Of a DNA stretch of 64,000 nt, positions 1-11,916 are shown in pieces. The stretch comes from Seison nebaliae (Eukaryota), in NCBI GenBank assembly GCA_023231475.1, contig JALJEE010000713.1:1-64000 (forward strand), written 5' to 3'. The notes under the pieces are model-generated. The model saw only the letters and a program-made list of their open reading frames with translations. It was not told the origin of the DNA and did no database searches. Within the stretch, counting starts at the first letter, position 1. Every line of letters starts with the position of its first letter. A program made the translations under genes and the position numbers.

Positions 1-554
1 TTTAATTTTTTGTGCACAATAGAAAGTTGTTATATGTCGAAAATAATTTAATTCATGTATACTTTTATACAAATTCTTTATACGACTTATATGTATAAGT
101 GTAAAATGGTAAAATGTATATCATATTAATAGAAGTCGATAGTAAAACTCATTTAAAACTCATGGCTTAAGTATAATGAATGTAGCGGTTTATATTCACG
201 TTTAGAAAGATTTATATCTTATACCTTATCTTACATCATACAAATTTTCTAGACCAGAAAACTACGAACGAAGCAAGAATTCATTTGGTTGCAAATGGAT
301 AAAAAAATCGATTTATTCGATTATGGACAAGAAATCTTCGACAATCTCCAAGAAAACTCTAAATAAATTAATTCAAGAATTCATTTTCTTATTTATATTC
401 ATCATTTATATCATTGATTAATATTTTTATTCCGTTAAATTTTATTTTAATATTCTTGTTTCCATTTTTTATATTCCAATAAAAATAATTCTAATTCTTC
501 TTCTTTATTCGCTTTCTTCTAACCAGATAAATTATAAGTTAAGTGCATAGTATA

Positions 555-1148
555 ATGGATTGCTTTGATAATAGTGTTAGAAAATGTCTTCGTTATATTT
601 TGGATGATAGAGGCGTTGAATCTCTTAATCAATTGGAGAATGAAATAGTTAACGAAATATTGACAGGAATTAAACATGTTCGTGAAAAATACGCAGAATC
701 TGAATGGGAGGAAACTGGACAGGATTCAGAATGGATAGAAAATAAAGAAAATATCAATGATGTTGAAGATATCCCGATGTCATCAGAATATAGTGAGTCG
801 GATGAATCGGAATACGAATCGGAATACGAATCAGAATATGAAGAAAATATTGTTGAGAAGGAATTGAATGACGAAGTTTCGCGCTATCAAGATAAGAGAA
901 GAGCCGTGGAATATTGGCGAAGCGCGAAGAGGAAGAGGAGAAGAAGCCTTTGCGGTGTCAGATCCAAGTTTCGCTTCGTAACTTGTCACGAAGATTTACA
1001 TCGATGGGAGAGAATGATGAAGGAAAATGTAAACTTCAAGTTGAAAGAATTCTACAGAATGATTCGACAAAAATTATATAATCAGTTTGTAGATTTGAGA
1101 TCTGAAATGAAAATAGTGAAAGATCTCGATCTACAAAGAATTGGGTAA
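555..1148 (+). pseudogene. Truncated pogo/Tigger-like (HTH CENP-B type) transposase, N-terminal part
   Basis: KRRAVEYWRS..SL..VRSKFRFV..L.RW followed by F...R.....VKDLDLQRIG resembles the tandem HTH region of pogo-like transposases. The frame is interrupted at ~1146 by a fold-back insertion and appears to resume briefly (LAISRKIKIEDF). No DDE domain is visible. Confidence 0.55.
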
Positions 1149-1157
1149 TTATCTAAG

Positions 1158-1300
1158 CTAACAAGGGAACCTCAACAGGTTCGGACTGGATATTCTATCT
1201 GAAATTTCGCATAGTGATAGAACATTACTTATCACCGACGAAACTATGCGAAATTTCGGATAGAATGTCGAGTTAGAACCTGTTGAGGTTCCCTTGTTAG
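1158..1300. mobile_element. 143-bp fold-back / MITE-like element
   Basis: Perfect 25-bp inverted repeat ctaacaagggaacctcaacaggttc (1158-1182 / 1276-1300), plus an inner 24-bp inverted repeat with one mismatch (1192-1215 / 1243-1266). Confidence 0.75.
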
Positions 1301-1453
1301 TTAGCAATCAGTAGGAAAATTAAGATAGAGGATTTCCCTTTTAAATAATATTTCTGAATATGTATTTTATTTAACTAAATTAACTATTTAGGAGAATTAA
1401 GATAGAGGAAAATATATATTTGAAATAAGTTTTTAGGTGCCTTTTATGTTTAA

Positions 1454-3087
1454 TTAGTAATTATAATGGCTATACGTCTGATATTGCCGATGTAGATCTT
1501 CATAATAGGGATCATTTTCATTAATATCTTCATTTTCATGATCATTTTCATTTGCTTGATCATTTTCACTTTCTTCATCACTTTCTTCATCACCTCCTTC
1601 ATCACTTTCTTCATCACTTTCTTCATCACTTTCTTCATGACTTTCTTCATCATTTTCCTCTTCACTTTCCCCTTCACCTTCTTCATCACTTTCTTCAGCA
1701 CCTTCTTCGCCGCCTTCTCCGTGTTTTTGTTCCTCATTTTCGTTAACATTATCATCTTCGTCATTTTCGTCATTATTCTTGAAAGGATAATTCGTTGAAA
1801 GTATTTCCATAAAATAATCAAAAAATCCAATCTTCTTCAATCGGGCATCTTTTCGGCAAATTGCTTCGGCCAATTTATTTTCACGATTAAAACTACGAAT
1901 ACCTCCTAGTATGCAAAAAATGTATTCGAAAAATGGAAAATAAATAAATAAATGGAATTAATATTTTATTTTAGATTCAGAAAACCTGCTAATTTTAGAT
2001 CTCTCTTTAACCAACGCCAGGTACATTCGATATTGTTGGTATGAATGTTTTTATCATCCGGTCTAACAAAATATTTCTTATGATTGATCTTCTCATAGCT
2101 ATATTCTGGGCAGTCAGATAACCACTGATAAGATTTGAAACAATCCGAATAAATAGTAGTGCCCTTGAAATGTTGCCATAAAGAAGAAAAACCCCAAGTA
2201 AAAGGCTAACAATCGCAATATTTTTTTTAATTAACCTTTTTAGAGTACCTTTCTTTCTATTAGGTACAAATTTTGCGAAGATCTTTCCGGTATTACGGGA
2301 AATACCTCCAAATATCCATTGAGGTTTCGTTGGTCGTGCCCTATGGTTTTTGGTTTTCTTCGATCGGACGGCAACTGTTTCGTCGATCTCTACAACATCG
2401 TCAGGCCCTCCTATTGATATATTGTGTTAAAAATTCAATACATATGGGAGAACAACCTATTCTTTCTTTAGATCGGTTTTTGATAGACTCCGAACAAACG
2501 TCTCGACAAAAGTTTCGCCAGTCAGCTTGAAGTCTCTTAGAATAAATGTTATCGGTAAATACGTCAGTCGATGTTCTATTGGCCCATGAATATATCAAGA
2601 CGAGTTTTTTGCCAAGTGAACAACCACTTTTCTCAAAGAATGAATCTGTTGAATATGCTTTATTTATATGCTATGTGGTAATATGGAATAACTTTGAGTA
2701 ACGGTGGTTCTACTGTGGCATTTTATGCAATATTGTTGATACCTATTCTTCCCATTTCCAATTAACGAAGTTTGTGCGTCGCAGCATGTTTTGATTTTTA
2801 ATACATTTAAATCTCGTAAATATTGGATGATGTTTAACGGATTATCTAAAAAGTGTTTTATTATCCTATGCATGAAGTTACTACTTTCATTCCTAAATAT
2901 CATGTGATAATTATTCATATTTTGAAATAATAGAACCTAACTGTTGGATTAAGATATTTGGTCTATCCGATAATGTATCGGAATTTTGTTTTCGACGTTT
3001 GACTTTTGTTTTCCGGGTTTTTACTTCCGGTGAAGACTCATTTTCTGAACAATAGTCTGACGAGACCTTCCTTTTCTTAAATGGCAT
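1454..3087 (-). CDS. Merlin/IS1595-family (ISXO2-like) DDE transposase, 6 exons, ~458 aa, with acidic C-terminal tail
   Basis: Removing GT-AG introns 2893-2941, 2658-2692, 2411-2456, 2164-2210 and 1906-1985 gives a 1377-nt open frame. It contains a basic NLS-like start, CC..C..C, SFFEKS, DWRNFCRDVC, IGGPDDVVEIDET, QWIFGGISR, GTTIYSDCFKSY, INHKKYFV, HTNNIECTWRWLK and an E/D-rich tail. Confidence 0.9.
1560..1710 (+). repeat. 12-bp tandem repeat (ttcttcatcact)n encoding EESD units of the transposase acidic tail
   Basis: Directly visible imperfect tandem array; it also explains the overlapping shadow ORFs. Confidence 0.85.
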
Positions 3088-3465
3088 CTTTTTAGGAATA
3101 ATTACATTAGCATAATATTATCAAATTGTTTGATTTATAGTTTTAAGGTTAGTAATATGAATAATAATAATTAAGGTTAATAACCTGGAATTTAATAACT
3201 TTCTAATTTTTTTCTCGATTGAATTAAAATTTCAATTTTAGAAAATTTTTGTTTCATTTTTTAAAAAAGCTTAAAATTTTTAAATTTTTATTTTAAAATA
3301 TCTTGAAAAAATTGATAAATTAAAGTATTAAAGGAATTAAGTTGTCGAAATTTGTTACCGAAAGAAGAGGATAATTTGCGACGCCTCTTGATTTCGGGAA
3401 TTCCAAGTGGGTCAATAGCAGTCTATAATATAGACTGAGCCGATTATATATTATCTATTATAGAC

Positions 3466-3738
3466 TCTATATCATTAACCTATGATGTGTGGTCGTCGAA
3501 GAACCATTCACATTCTTATTTGGCAATTTCTTTTCATTTAATCGACGAAAATATTTCAAAATCAGAAGTTTTATCTCTGAAGGAAGTGACATCTCCGCAT
3601 ACTTCGGCGAATTTAACTGAATTAATTCTTCAAACTTTGGACGATTTTGAAATTTCGTTGGCAAAAATTAATTATTCAACTACTGATGGAGCGAAGAATG
3701 TAAAAAATGCATTAAGTTTTAATTCGATCAATAAGGAG
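3466..3738 (+). pseudogene. hAT (ZBED-like) transposase fragment
   Basis: SISLTYDVWSS..SYLAISFHLID..HTSANL..L..F.I..TTDGAKNVKNA carries the first two catalytic-Asp motifs of hAT transposases. Both ends are truncated. Confidence 0.75.
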
Positions 3739-4030
3739 GTTAAATTCCTTTATAATAGAACTTAAACTCATAATCGTATTTATAATATGCATTTGTAGGA
3801 TTTGTCGCACGACGATAGTAACTTTCGACGATTTCGTATATGAAAACGAGATAAATGATTCACACGATGAATTAAATGTTTAGTTATTTTTTAATATTCA
3901 ATACTATTCTTATTTTGTTATACCTATACAGGATACTCTTCGAAGAAGCAAGAGAATAAAAGTTTCTACCAAATTGTCTGATTTTGATTACTTCGATGAT
4001 GACGAAGATTGTTCTTCAGAGGAAGATTGC

Positions 4031-4900
4031 AATGAAACTGACTGTCCAAAATAAGATGACGATGAAAATTGGAGTTCTGTACAGAAGGGAAGATCCAAAG
4101 GACGATCAACAATGAAACAATATTTGCCACTAAAACCGATTAAACATGGTTTTAAAGTTTGGACCTTAGCTGATAGTATAACTGGTTACGTTCGAAGATT
4201 TCAAATTTACACTGGGCGAACCGAGAGAGATAAGAATAAAACATTAGGAGAAACTGTGGTGGAAACTTTGATGGAGAGAATAAACGATAAGAGAGTTTTT
4301 TCCGACAGATTTTTTTCTTCGGTCAATTTGACAGATGGTTTGCTAAAAAACCGGAACCAGTGTTGTGGTACAATTTTACCAAATCGAAAGAACTTCCCGA
4401 AAGATAAATTTGGGACAGTTAAAAAACCAGGAGGTTATGAATGTGTCAAGCAAGGAAAGTGCTGGTGCATCTCGTGGTTTGATAAAAAGAAAATATTTTT
4501 TATTTCAACCCTATCTAACAGCAATGAAGAAGATGAAGTGTTCCGTATGAACAAAGAAGGAAAGAAAGAAAAAGTGAAATTTCCGTAATGTGTCAAAGAA
4601 TACAATTCGTTCATGGGGGGAGTTGATTTTAGCCGATCAAAAAAGAAGATATTATTCTTCATCTCGACGATCGAGAATGAATAAGATAGAATTTTTTACT
4701 TGTCGAAAATTCGAGGAAGTGCTAGGTCAAACAAGAAAAACGATAAGTCGCATTACATTAGTAGAGATGACAAATGCCCATTATGTGTTTTTTGTATAAA
4801 AAAAGGTAAATACCGTTTGCAATTACTGCCAAAGTCAAATTTGGTTATGTATAGAGTGTTTTCCACTACCATCAATCGCGGTAAATATTCTTTACATTAA
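4031..4900 (+). pseudogene. piggyBac (PGBD-like) transposase relic
   Basis: GRSTMKQYLPLKPIKHGFKVWTLAD..GY..FQIYTG, FSDRFFSSV, CGTI..NRK, YNSFMGGVD and a Cys-rich end are present. There is a stop at 4586-4588, frameshifts, and a large internal deletion before KGRS. Confidence 0.85.
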
Positions 4901-7204
4901 TTGAATATAAAACGTGTGAATTGACTACACAAAGGTTTATTTATTTTAATTTCTTATTCATTCGTTTTATTATTCATTCATTTTATTATTCATTCATGAC
5001 ATTATTCATTCATTTCATTATCGTTATTCATTATATCGGAATTATCGTTATAGATATGGTCCATTTTAATCGAATTATTCATTATTTGGTTAACTAACAA
5101 GTCGTGGTCGTTCGTCGTGTCCGTCAGTCGTTCGCGTCAGGCGATATAATATATAATTTAATATAGTATTTATACGTACTAACTAGCTTATTATACTAAC
5201 TTACTAGATCGATGAGGTTGAGTTCCACACGTGCTTTGCACACGATTTTAATTAAATATTATTTCGAAAAGCTAAAAAATTGAACAAAATTAAGGAATAT
5301 GTTAGTTGAACGTTTTAGAATCAAAAATCATATTTGAATTTGTTTAGATATGTTGGCTTTGTTGCTCGGTTGCTAAGGAAAAGTGTGCACAGGCTTAGCC
5401 GATATTTCAGCGGAAAAAGAAATTTAGCAGCACAGAATAAGATATAATTTATTTCCATAACTCAACCTACTCGTATGCCAAATTGGAGCACGATAAAATT
5501 TAAAAATTTTAAAAAATAAATAATGAAACATACAGAAAGATTTAAATCCGAAACTTTTCAATTGAAGATGGTGAACGAAATAAGTTCGATAAATAAACGG
5601 TTGGACAACATTGAAGACATGTTGACTCAAATTTCCCGGCATATTATAGAACACCATGAAAAAAAAGATGTTAGTTTTATTTCGAAATATTTTATACTAT
5701 TAATATTTTTTCTCCACAGAGTCCGACGATTATAAATTTAATTCATAATAAATTTTAAAAAATCATAAAAGAAGAGAAAAAAGTAAATTTTGTTCCGAGA
5801 ACAATATTCGAAGAGAATTCGGCGGAATGGTGGATCCATTTCTCCAGTTCTATCGAAAACCTTAAAGATAAGGTCACTGGAGAAATGGATCAATGTTTGA
5901 TATTTGTATATTATATTGTATATTTCATTATTAAAAAAAATTTCGAATAGAATAAGAAATTATAAACTTTTAGAGAAAAAAGGTTTTTTTTAAATTATTT
6001 GTTCACTAATTTTAATTTTTTAGATGTTTATTCGGAGTCCGAGTCGGAGAATGAAAATTTCGATCTCACTCGAAAAAGAAAATATAATAACTTGTGAAAT
6101 TGTATAATAATAATAATAATATAATAAATTTGTACTTGTGAACACCATCGTAGCTTATTACGAAATCCAAAATTGGTACGTCATTTTCTAAATTCATTTC
6201 GTTTCTTCTTAAAATTTCTTTAATAATTTTGAAAAATTCAAAAAAGAATCAAAGCTTATACAATAACTAATGAGCAATGCATCAACATTAACATATTTTA
6301 TCAAAGACATATTACCGACATGATCCGAAATTATTGGTAGAGCGATTTATGAATAAAGAATTACACAACATTGCTATCATAGTAGAAATTATTATTGGTG
6401 TTGTTAACGTTATATGAAACTTTCGAACATTATCGATAAATCGAAATAAATATGAAATAATTAACGGTTTTTTTGGATATATCCCGTTTTAATTTGAATT
6501 AATTTAGTTTTATCCAAATTTCGAATATATCGAAATTTATTCTGGATATATTAAGATTTATTTACTGGTAAAAGCGGTGTTCCCTGATATAATCACCCGA
6601 AAAACGAGCGATAAAATCACCGAAATATTCTTAAATTGCAAACGTAGTTACTTCTTTATGAGTACAAAAACACCTGTCTTTACTTGGAAAATATTGGATG
6701 ACGGCCCGTCATTGACTGCTGCTTTAGAACCAATCCAATTCTTTCCTTTGAAAATTGTTCGAAAAACAAATGTTTTAATCAGTAATCACCTTTCTTACTT
6801 TTTTTGTTAGATTTATCCAGTGGGAAGAATAATTTGTAAATAAATTATAAATGTAACAAAAATAGTTTATCGTTGAGTGGTTTCCAAGAGGTGCTCTGTT
6901 TTTCTAAGTGTAAGATAATTTTGTATTTATGAAACAAAAAACCAGAGTATCAATATAATTTCCTCATTTTTTACAATTCTTGCCATGTTTATTTTTTTGA
7001 AATTTCTGTATTTAACGAAATGTTTAAAGGAAATGTGGATACGTAAAGAACCTCTCTGTTTTATTTTACCATTTAACATCTGTTTTTAAAAAAGACTCTC
7101 GGATTGAATAACAAAGAGTAGTTTAAAGAATAAAAATATTGCTTTACATTTTTATTCTCTTCACGTCTCATTTTTAAATCTTTAAATCTTTTGTGAGATA
7201 TAAT

Positions 7205-8709
7205 ATGGAAACAACAAACAGTGAATCCGAAGCATTGAAATTATTAAGATATTGGGTTAATAATTTCAGTCGTTTTGATTAATATTCTTGATTTATAGTT
7301 CGCGAGAGTATATAATTTAAAAGTAGCAGATGTGGTTAACACTCTATTTGCATTTTTCCAGTTAATTTTCATTAATCATTTTATTAAAATCGATAATTTT
7401 TTCACTTTAGAAAAGAGTTTCTTCTTCTACCTACTGATAAAACGGTAATTCAATATTTAGCTGGTTTCATCTTGAATTAATCTTATTTTCTTAATCAATA
7501 ATAATTAAATTAATCTCTTCTTCATTCTAATAATTTCGATTAATTTTCAGATTTATTGTCTATCGATGTGGAATGGCTTGCACGCAATTTCAATAATACT
7601 AGTCCTCTCAATGACCTCCGGGTTAGTAGTTCACAATTATTGATTATTTTCAGAAAATCTTCGATTTCTAGAGTGTTATTATTTTAGTACCGTTCTTGAC
7701 TGCAGCACCTTGTACAAATTATGAAATCCCTGTTTTTCGTGGTAATCTAATGAGAATATTTAATGAATTTACATTAGGAGACCAACAAAAGATCCTAAAA
7801 ATTTTTCATTATATATTCTTTTCAAAAAGAGTTCCAAGAAATGTATTAATTGATCATGTGTTGGAATTGAGTAGTTCCCAATTAGCTTCCACGAACTTTG
7901 AATTTAATAACGGTCAATCGATTCATGAAGGATTGAAACCGATACCTGCAATGGAATTATTATTATCAACCGCTCTCACAATTCAGAAGAAAAATTTCTT
8001 GGAACTTTTACCCAATATCCAAACAACTGAAGTTCCCAATAATTATGCCCCAAAACCGTTCAAAAGTCGTTTAGGAATTAACAATTTCCATAATAGTAAT
8101 ATTCATCAAAATGATAATAATTCATTCAGAAACGATACAAAAATGAACAATATGCAATACAATAGAAATGGACGAAGTTTATTACCGAATAGTATTGTGG
8201 AAGAAAAGAAACATCTTTCACATCGTAATATAATGGATAAAGGACAAAATGCTGCGATTGTTGATATTCAAGAGAAAATAAGATCAGTCGCAGATGAAAT
8301 GCAAGAACTAAAGAATAATTTCAAAAAAATTAATATTTATCCAAATAGTGATCACCCATTTAGACCTAGTCCTCATATTTCTGAACCAAAAAGCGCATTC
8401 GCTCCAATTCCTCCAAATCCAAGTCGACTCAATTCGAGCTCAACAGTAAATTCTATGAAACATTATTATGAAAATCTGAGGAACCGATCGATAAAAAAAG
8501 AAGCTCGATGGGCCTCTGGGACCAATTTAACAGAAGTAGGTTTGGCAGAAAATTCAAATAGTCATGAAAAGGTAAAACGCAAGAGCGCATTGTCAAAGAA
8601 CAGACGGAGCACGTCGGTTGGACCTGCAAAGAAACATATGGTAAAATTCGCAAACGTCGATTTCGTGAAAGTAAGATCACATCATCCATCTTCATCGGAT
8701 GAGTTTTAA
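7205..8709 (+). CDS. Hypothetical protein, ~5 exons
   Basis: ATG at 7205; small GT-AG introns join short exons (METTNSESEALKLLRYW/FARVYNL...) to the 337-aa ORF. The last junction is uncertain and no family was recognised. Confidence 0.6.
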
Positions 8710-8880
8710 GATAAATATGAATTATACATGAACATAATTCCGGCGTTTACAAGTTCTATTTTGATGAAAGAATGTGGAATAAAGTAAAAAAAAATTTAAA
8801 TAAAATAATTTTTATCGCTATGAAATGTTTTATTGAATTTTAATTCTGGAAGTTTCCATAAGATGGGAATGTTAATGAAA

Positions 8881-8896
8881 GAGAGAGAGAGAGAGA
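8881..8896 (+). repeat. (GA)n microsatellite
   Basis: gagagagagagagaga. Confidence 0.9.
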
Positions 8897-9234
8897 AAGT
8901 TTTATATATATACATATACATACATGAAAATTAAATTTTGCAAGTGACGTGTCATTAATATGGATCAACATTAGTATTAAAAGGAAGGATGACGTGTTTT
9001 AATATTAATTCCACAATTTTTAGTGAATATTTTTTAACAGTATTATATTGGGAAAGTAGTTTGTACTTGATATTAGTTGGTTTGATTTGTACAATAAAAT
9101 ATTTTGTTAAAGAAAAATGATTTCGGAAAATAAGATTCGTACGTTTATGTTCATAATTATGCTATTTAATACAATATTTCCGATTGCTTTATTTACCGAT
9201 ATTAATAAAAGTTATTTGACTATTTCGGAATAAA

Positions 9235-11235
9235 ATGTTTCACGATAAATTTGTAGGGCGACCGTCGTTTATCTGTTATGGTATTGTGTGTATTCTTGTC
9301 ATAATATATCTGCTAAACTTGCTGCAATATGTTTCAATGAATTATCCATTTGGAGGAAATTTTGGAACGTTACATGGAGTAGTAGGTGAGGAAGTCGGAC
9401 GTTTATTCGCTATTGGACAGGCACTTTCATACTCATTTTCCATAGTAGTCATCATTCGACAAATTACTTTTTTCATTGACTTGCTCATGAAAGGTGTAAT
9501 GGAGGATTTATTGAATAATCTAAATTTTGGTAAACAAAGTTTATTACTTAATGAGAAACCAGAATTATTCGCTGAATTATTATTCATATTAACGATTTTA
9601 TTCCGAGTAAGAAGTTTGCCCTTATGGAAGCAGCTTATGGTATCGACATTCGTAATTTTATCATTCTCTACCGTCATGTCCTGTTCAGTTTGGAGGAAGG
9701 AAGTTGGACATCAGATTACCGCAAATTTTCCAACCAGTCCGTTAGATATGGCACAAGGTACAACGTTAATTTTGTTCAATTTTTGTGGATTTGATTCATT
9801 CTTAAATCATGCTGTTGAATTAAAAACTACTTGGAAGAAAGATATTCGACGAACATTCTATTGGATCATTTTTCTATTTGGAATTATTGGTGTGTTGAGT
9901 ATGATATTCTCAATATATTTCGATGGAAATCAGTTACCTGCAATCCATGAGAAAATGTTATTACCTCTATCGTCATCAAAAAGGAAAGTGATCTCGTTCC
10001 GAGTCTTTCTACTCATTCCAATAATTATTAGTTTGGTGTTGGGAGTAACGTATTGGGTAAATTGTATGGCAAATTTCAGCTTCACAATAAGAGCATTTAA
10101 TTTCCATTATTTTCCTATATCTGCTTTCGCAATTGATACATATACCGATCCATGTATCGTTGCGGCATATCTCATATTCATGAGTCCAATAACCATATTC
10201 GTTCATTATCGTGCTTTAGCTGCATTTGTTGTCGTAAATTTACTCTTTTCAACCACCTGTCTAGCATTAACAGCCGTTGTTATTCGAATGCAGGAATATC
10301 GTCCTACTAACAAATGTAACGGTAAATGTCGATTGCCAATTGAGGTAAAGAAACGTATAGAATATAATGAAGAATTAATCAATAGAAGTCTGAATATATC
10401 AGAAAGTCACGATAATACTACGTCAAATAATGGAAAAGGAGAAACGGATCCAGAACAATTAATGAATGATAATAATATCACTGTAGATCTTCTCGAAACT
10501 GGATTGTTCAAACAACCCTATGAAACAGTCGATTGTAAAATGGATGAAATGAATCAAAAGTATGTGGTTTATCTTCTGATATTTGTCAATGTAATTCTTA
10601 TATCATCAACCAACTGTTCCTTCTTAACGTCATATCTGGGAACCAATTTATTCTTTGTTATAATGCTCGTTTGTGCTCTAGTAATCGATCTTATTATATT
10701 TACCAGGATTCGGTATCATACTCGATTTAATTGTATTTCGTTTAAGTATGATAAGAATGGAACATTTTATCTTACAGTCTCATTGTTAATTCTCACAATC
10801 AATCTCGTATTAATTAATTCCATAAATTGGCAGTATTTACTTTTTTACTTTAGTTGGGTAATGGTGATGGGTATCGATGTTGCAGTTAAACTAATTCGTG
10901 AAAAACGAAATAAACGAAAATCGATTAAATCAGATGGAAAGCAAACCGTTCATAATCCATTTAATAACGATAGATTGTTAGGAAGGAAAGTAAAATCGTT
11001 AAACGACTTGACTGTTTTAAAAAATCTACGAAATAATAACGGTTCAGATGAGAAATCAACTTATCAAATTTCCACAAAATCTGAATTTATTTCCTACAAA
11101 GGTCAATTGGTGAAGATACATCAACGAACTATGTCCGAAGTTGATGTTTCAATTCTTCCAGAGATACAAAATGAAAAAATTAATAACAACCAAGAAGAAA
11201 CAATCGAAATCGATGAAACTAATACTCAACTTTGA
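9235..11235 (+). CDS. Multi-pass membrane protein, divergent APC/SLC7-like amino-acid permease
   Basis: Intronless 666-aa ORF with about 12-14 hydrophobic segments, a FNFCGFD..LNHAVELK motif (cf. FxGFDxIxxxxEE), and an extra C-terminal TM block as in cationic amino-acid transporters. Confidence 0.65.
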   Translation: MFHDKFVGRPSFICYGIVCILVIIYLLNLLQYVSMNYPFGGNFGTLHGVVGEEVGRLFAIGQALSYSFSIVVIIRQITFFIDLLMKGVMEDLLNNLNFGKQSLLLNEKPELFAELLFILTILFRVRSLPLWKQLMVSTFVILSFSTVMSCSVWRKEVGHQITANFPTSPLDMAQGTTLILFNFCGFDSFLNHAVELKTTWKKDIRRTFYWIIFLFGIIGVLSMIFSIYFDGNQLPAIHEKMLLPLSSSKRKVISFRVFLLIPIIISLVLGVTYWVNCMANFSFTIRAFNFHYFPISAFAIDTYTDPCIVAAYLIFMSPITIFVHYRALAAFVVVNLLFSTTCLALTAVVIRMQEYRPTNKCNGKCRLPIEVKKRIEYNEELINRSLNISESHDNTTSNNGKGETDPEQLMNDNNITVDLLETGLFKQPYETVDCKMDEMNQKYVVYLLIFVNVILISSTNCSFLTSYLGTNLFFVIMLVCALVIDLIIFTRIRYHTRFNCISFKYDKNGTFYLTVSLLILTINLVLINSINWQYLLFYFSWVMVMGIDVAVKLIREKRNKRKSIKSDGKQTVHNPFNNDRLLGRKVKSLNDLTVLKNLRNNNGSDEKSTYQISTKSEFISYKGQLVKIHQRTMSEVDVSILPEIQNEKINNNQEETIEIDETNTQL

Positions 11236-11916
11236 CCATCGCTTCTGAATTGATTGTTTTATAAATATATCAATTGCGTTTAAGAACAATTTTCAGAAAT
11301 GATTGATACTCAGGAATAATGATAGCTATAAACCCATTGGAAAATTTGTGACACCGATTCTCTTTTCTCAATTACTTTATTGATTACTTTATTAAAAATT
11401 TATTTAAATAGTACAAATAAAGAAATTTTTTTGATTTTTATTAATTGACTACTAATCTAAAAAATAAGATATTTCTTAAATGTTAAAAAAGAAGGAAAAG
11501 TTTAAAGTTTTTTAATTGCAAATTTTTCACACAAATTGTCACCCCTGGAAATAAATAGCTTGAAAGAGAAAAGCCATTAAAGAATGTAAGTCATTAGAAA
11601 TTAATGGAACATGTTCGTTTGTTTAGCCTAATGAACTGGTGACAAATTTTGATTTTAAGTTTGGTGTTTTAATAATGAAATGTTTATCATTCGTCTCCAT
11701 TTTACAAAGTTCAATTAATAACTATTCAAATGTTATTAAGATAAGACATTTATTTGGTTAATTATATCACATGACTTCTTCAATCACCTTCTATTCTATT
11801 TTTCCATTCTTTTCTTTTACATTGGAATAACTTTGAAATATTCTACTTTTTCATTTCTCTCCCAAATAGTGAGCAGATTATTTATTAGACGAGAAATCCA
11901 TTTTCAGACAGAGAAA

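Noticed and set aside
1450..1830. Overlapping ORFs rich in KKVM, FFIT or HHFL
   Set aside because: They are shadow frames of the 12-bp acidic repeat in the transposase tail.
5100..5250. Possible Helitron end (ctag plus gtgc-ttt-gcac hairpin)
   Set aside because: The hairpin is short, the spacing is atypical, and there is no Rep/helicase sequence.
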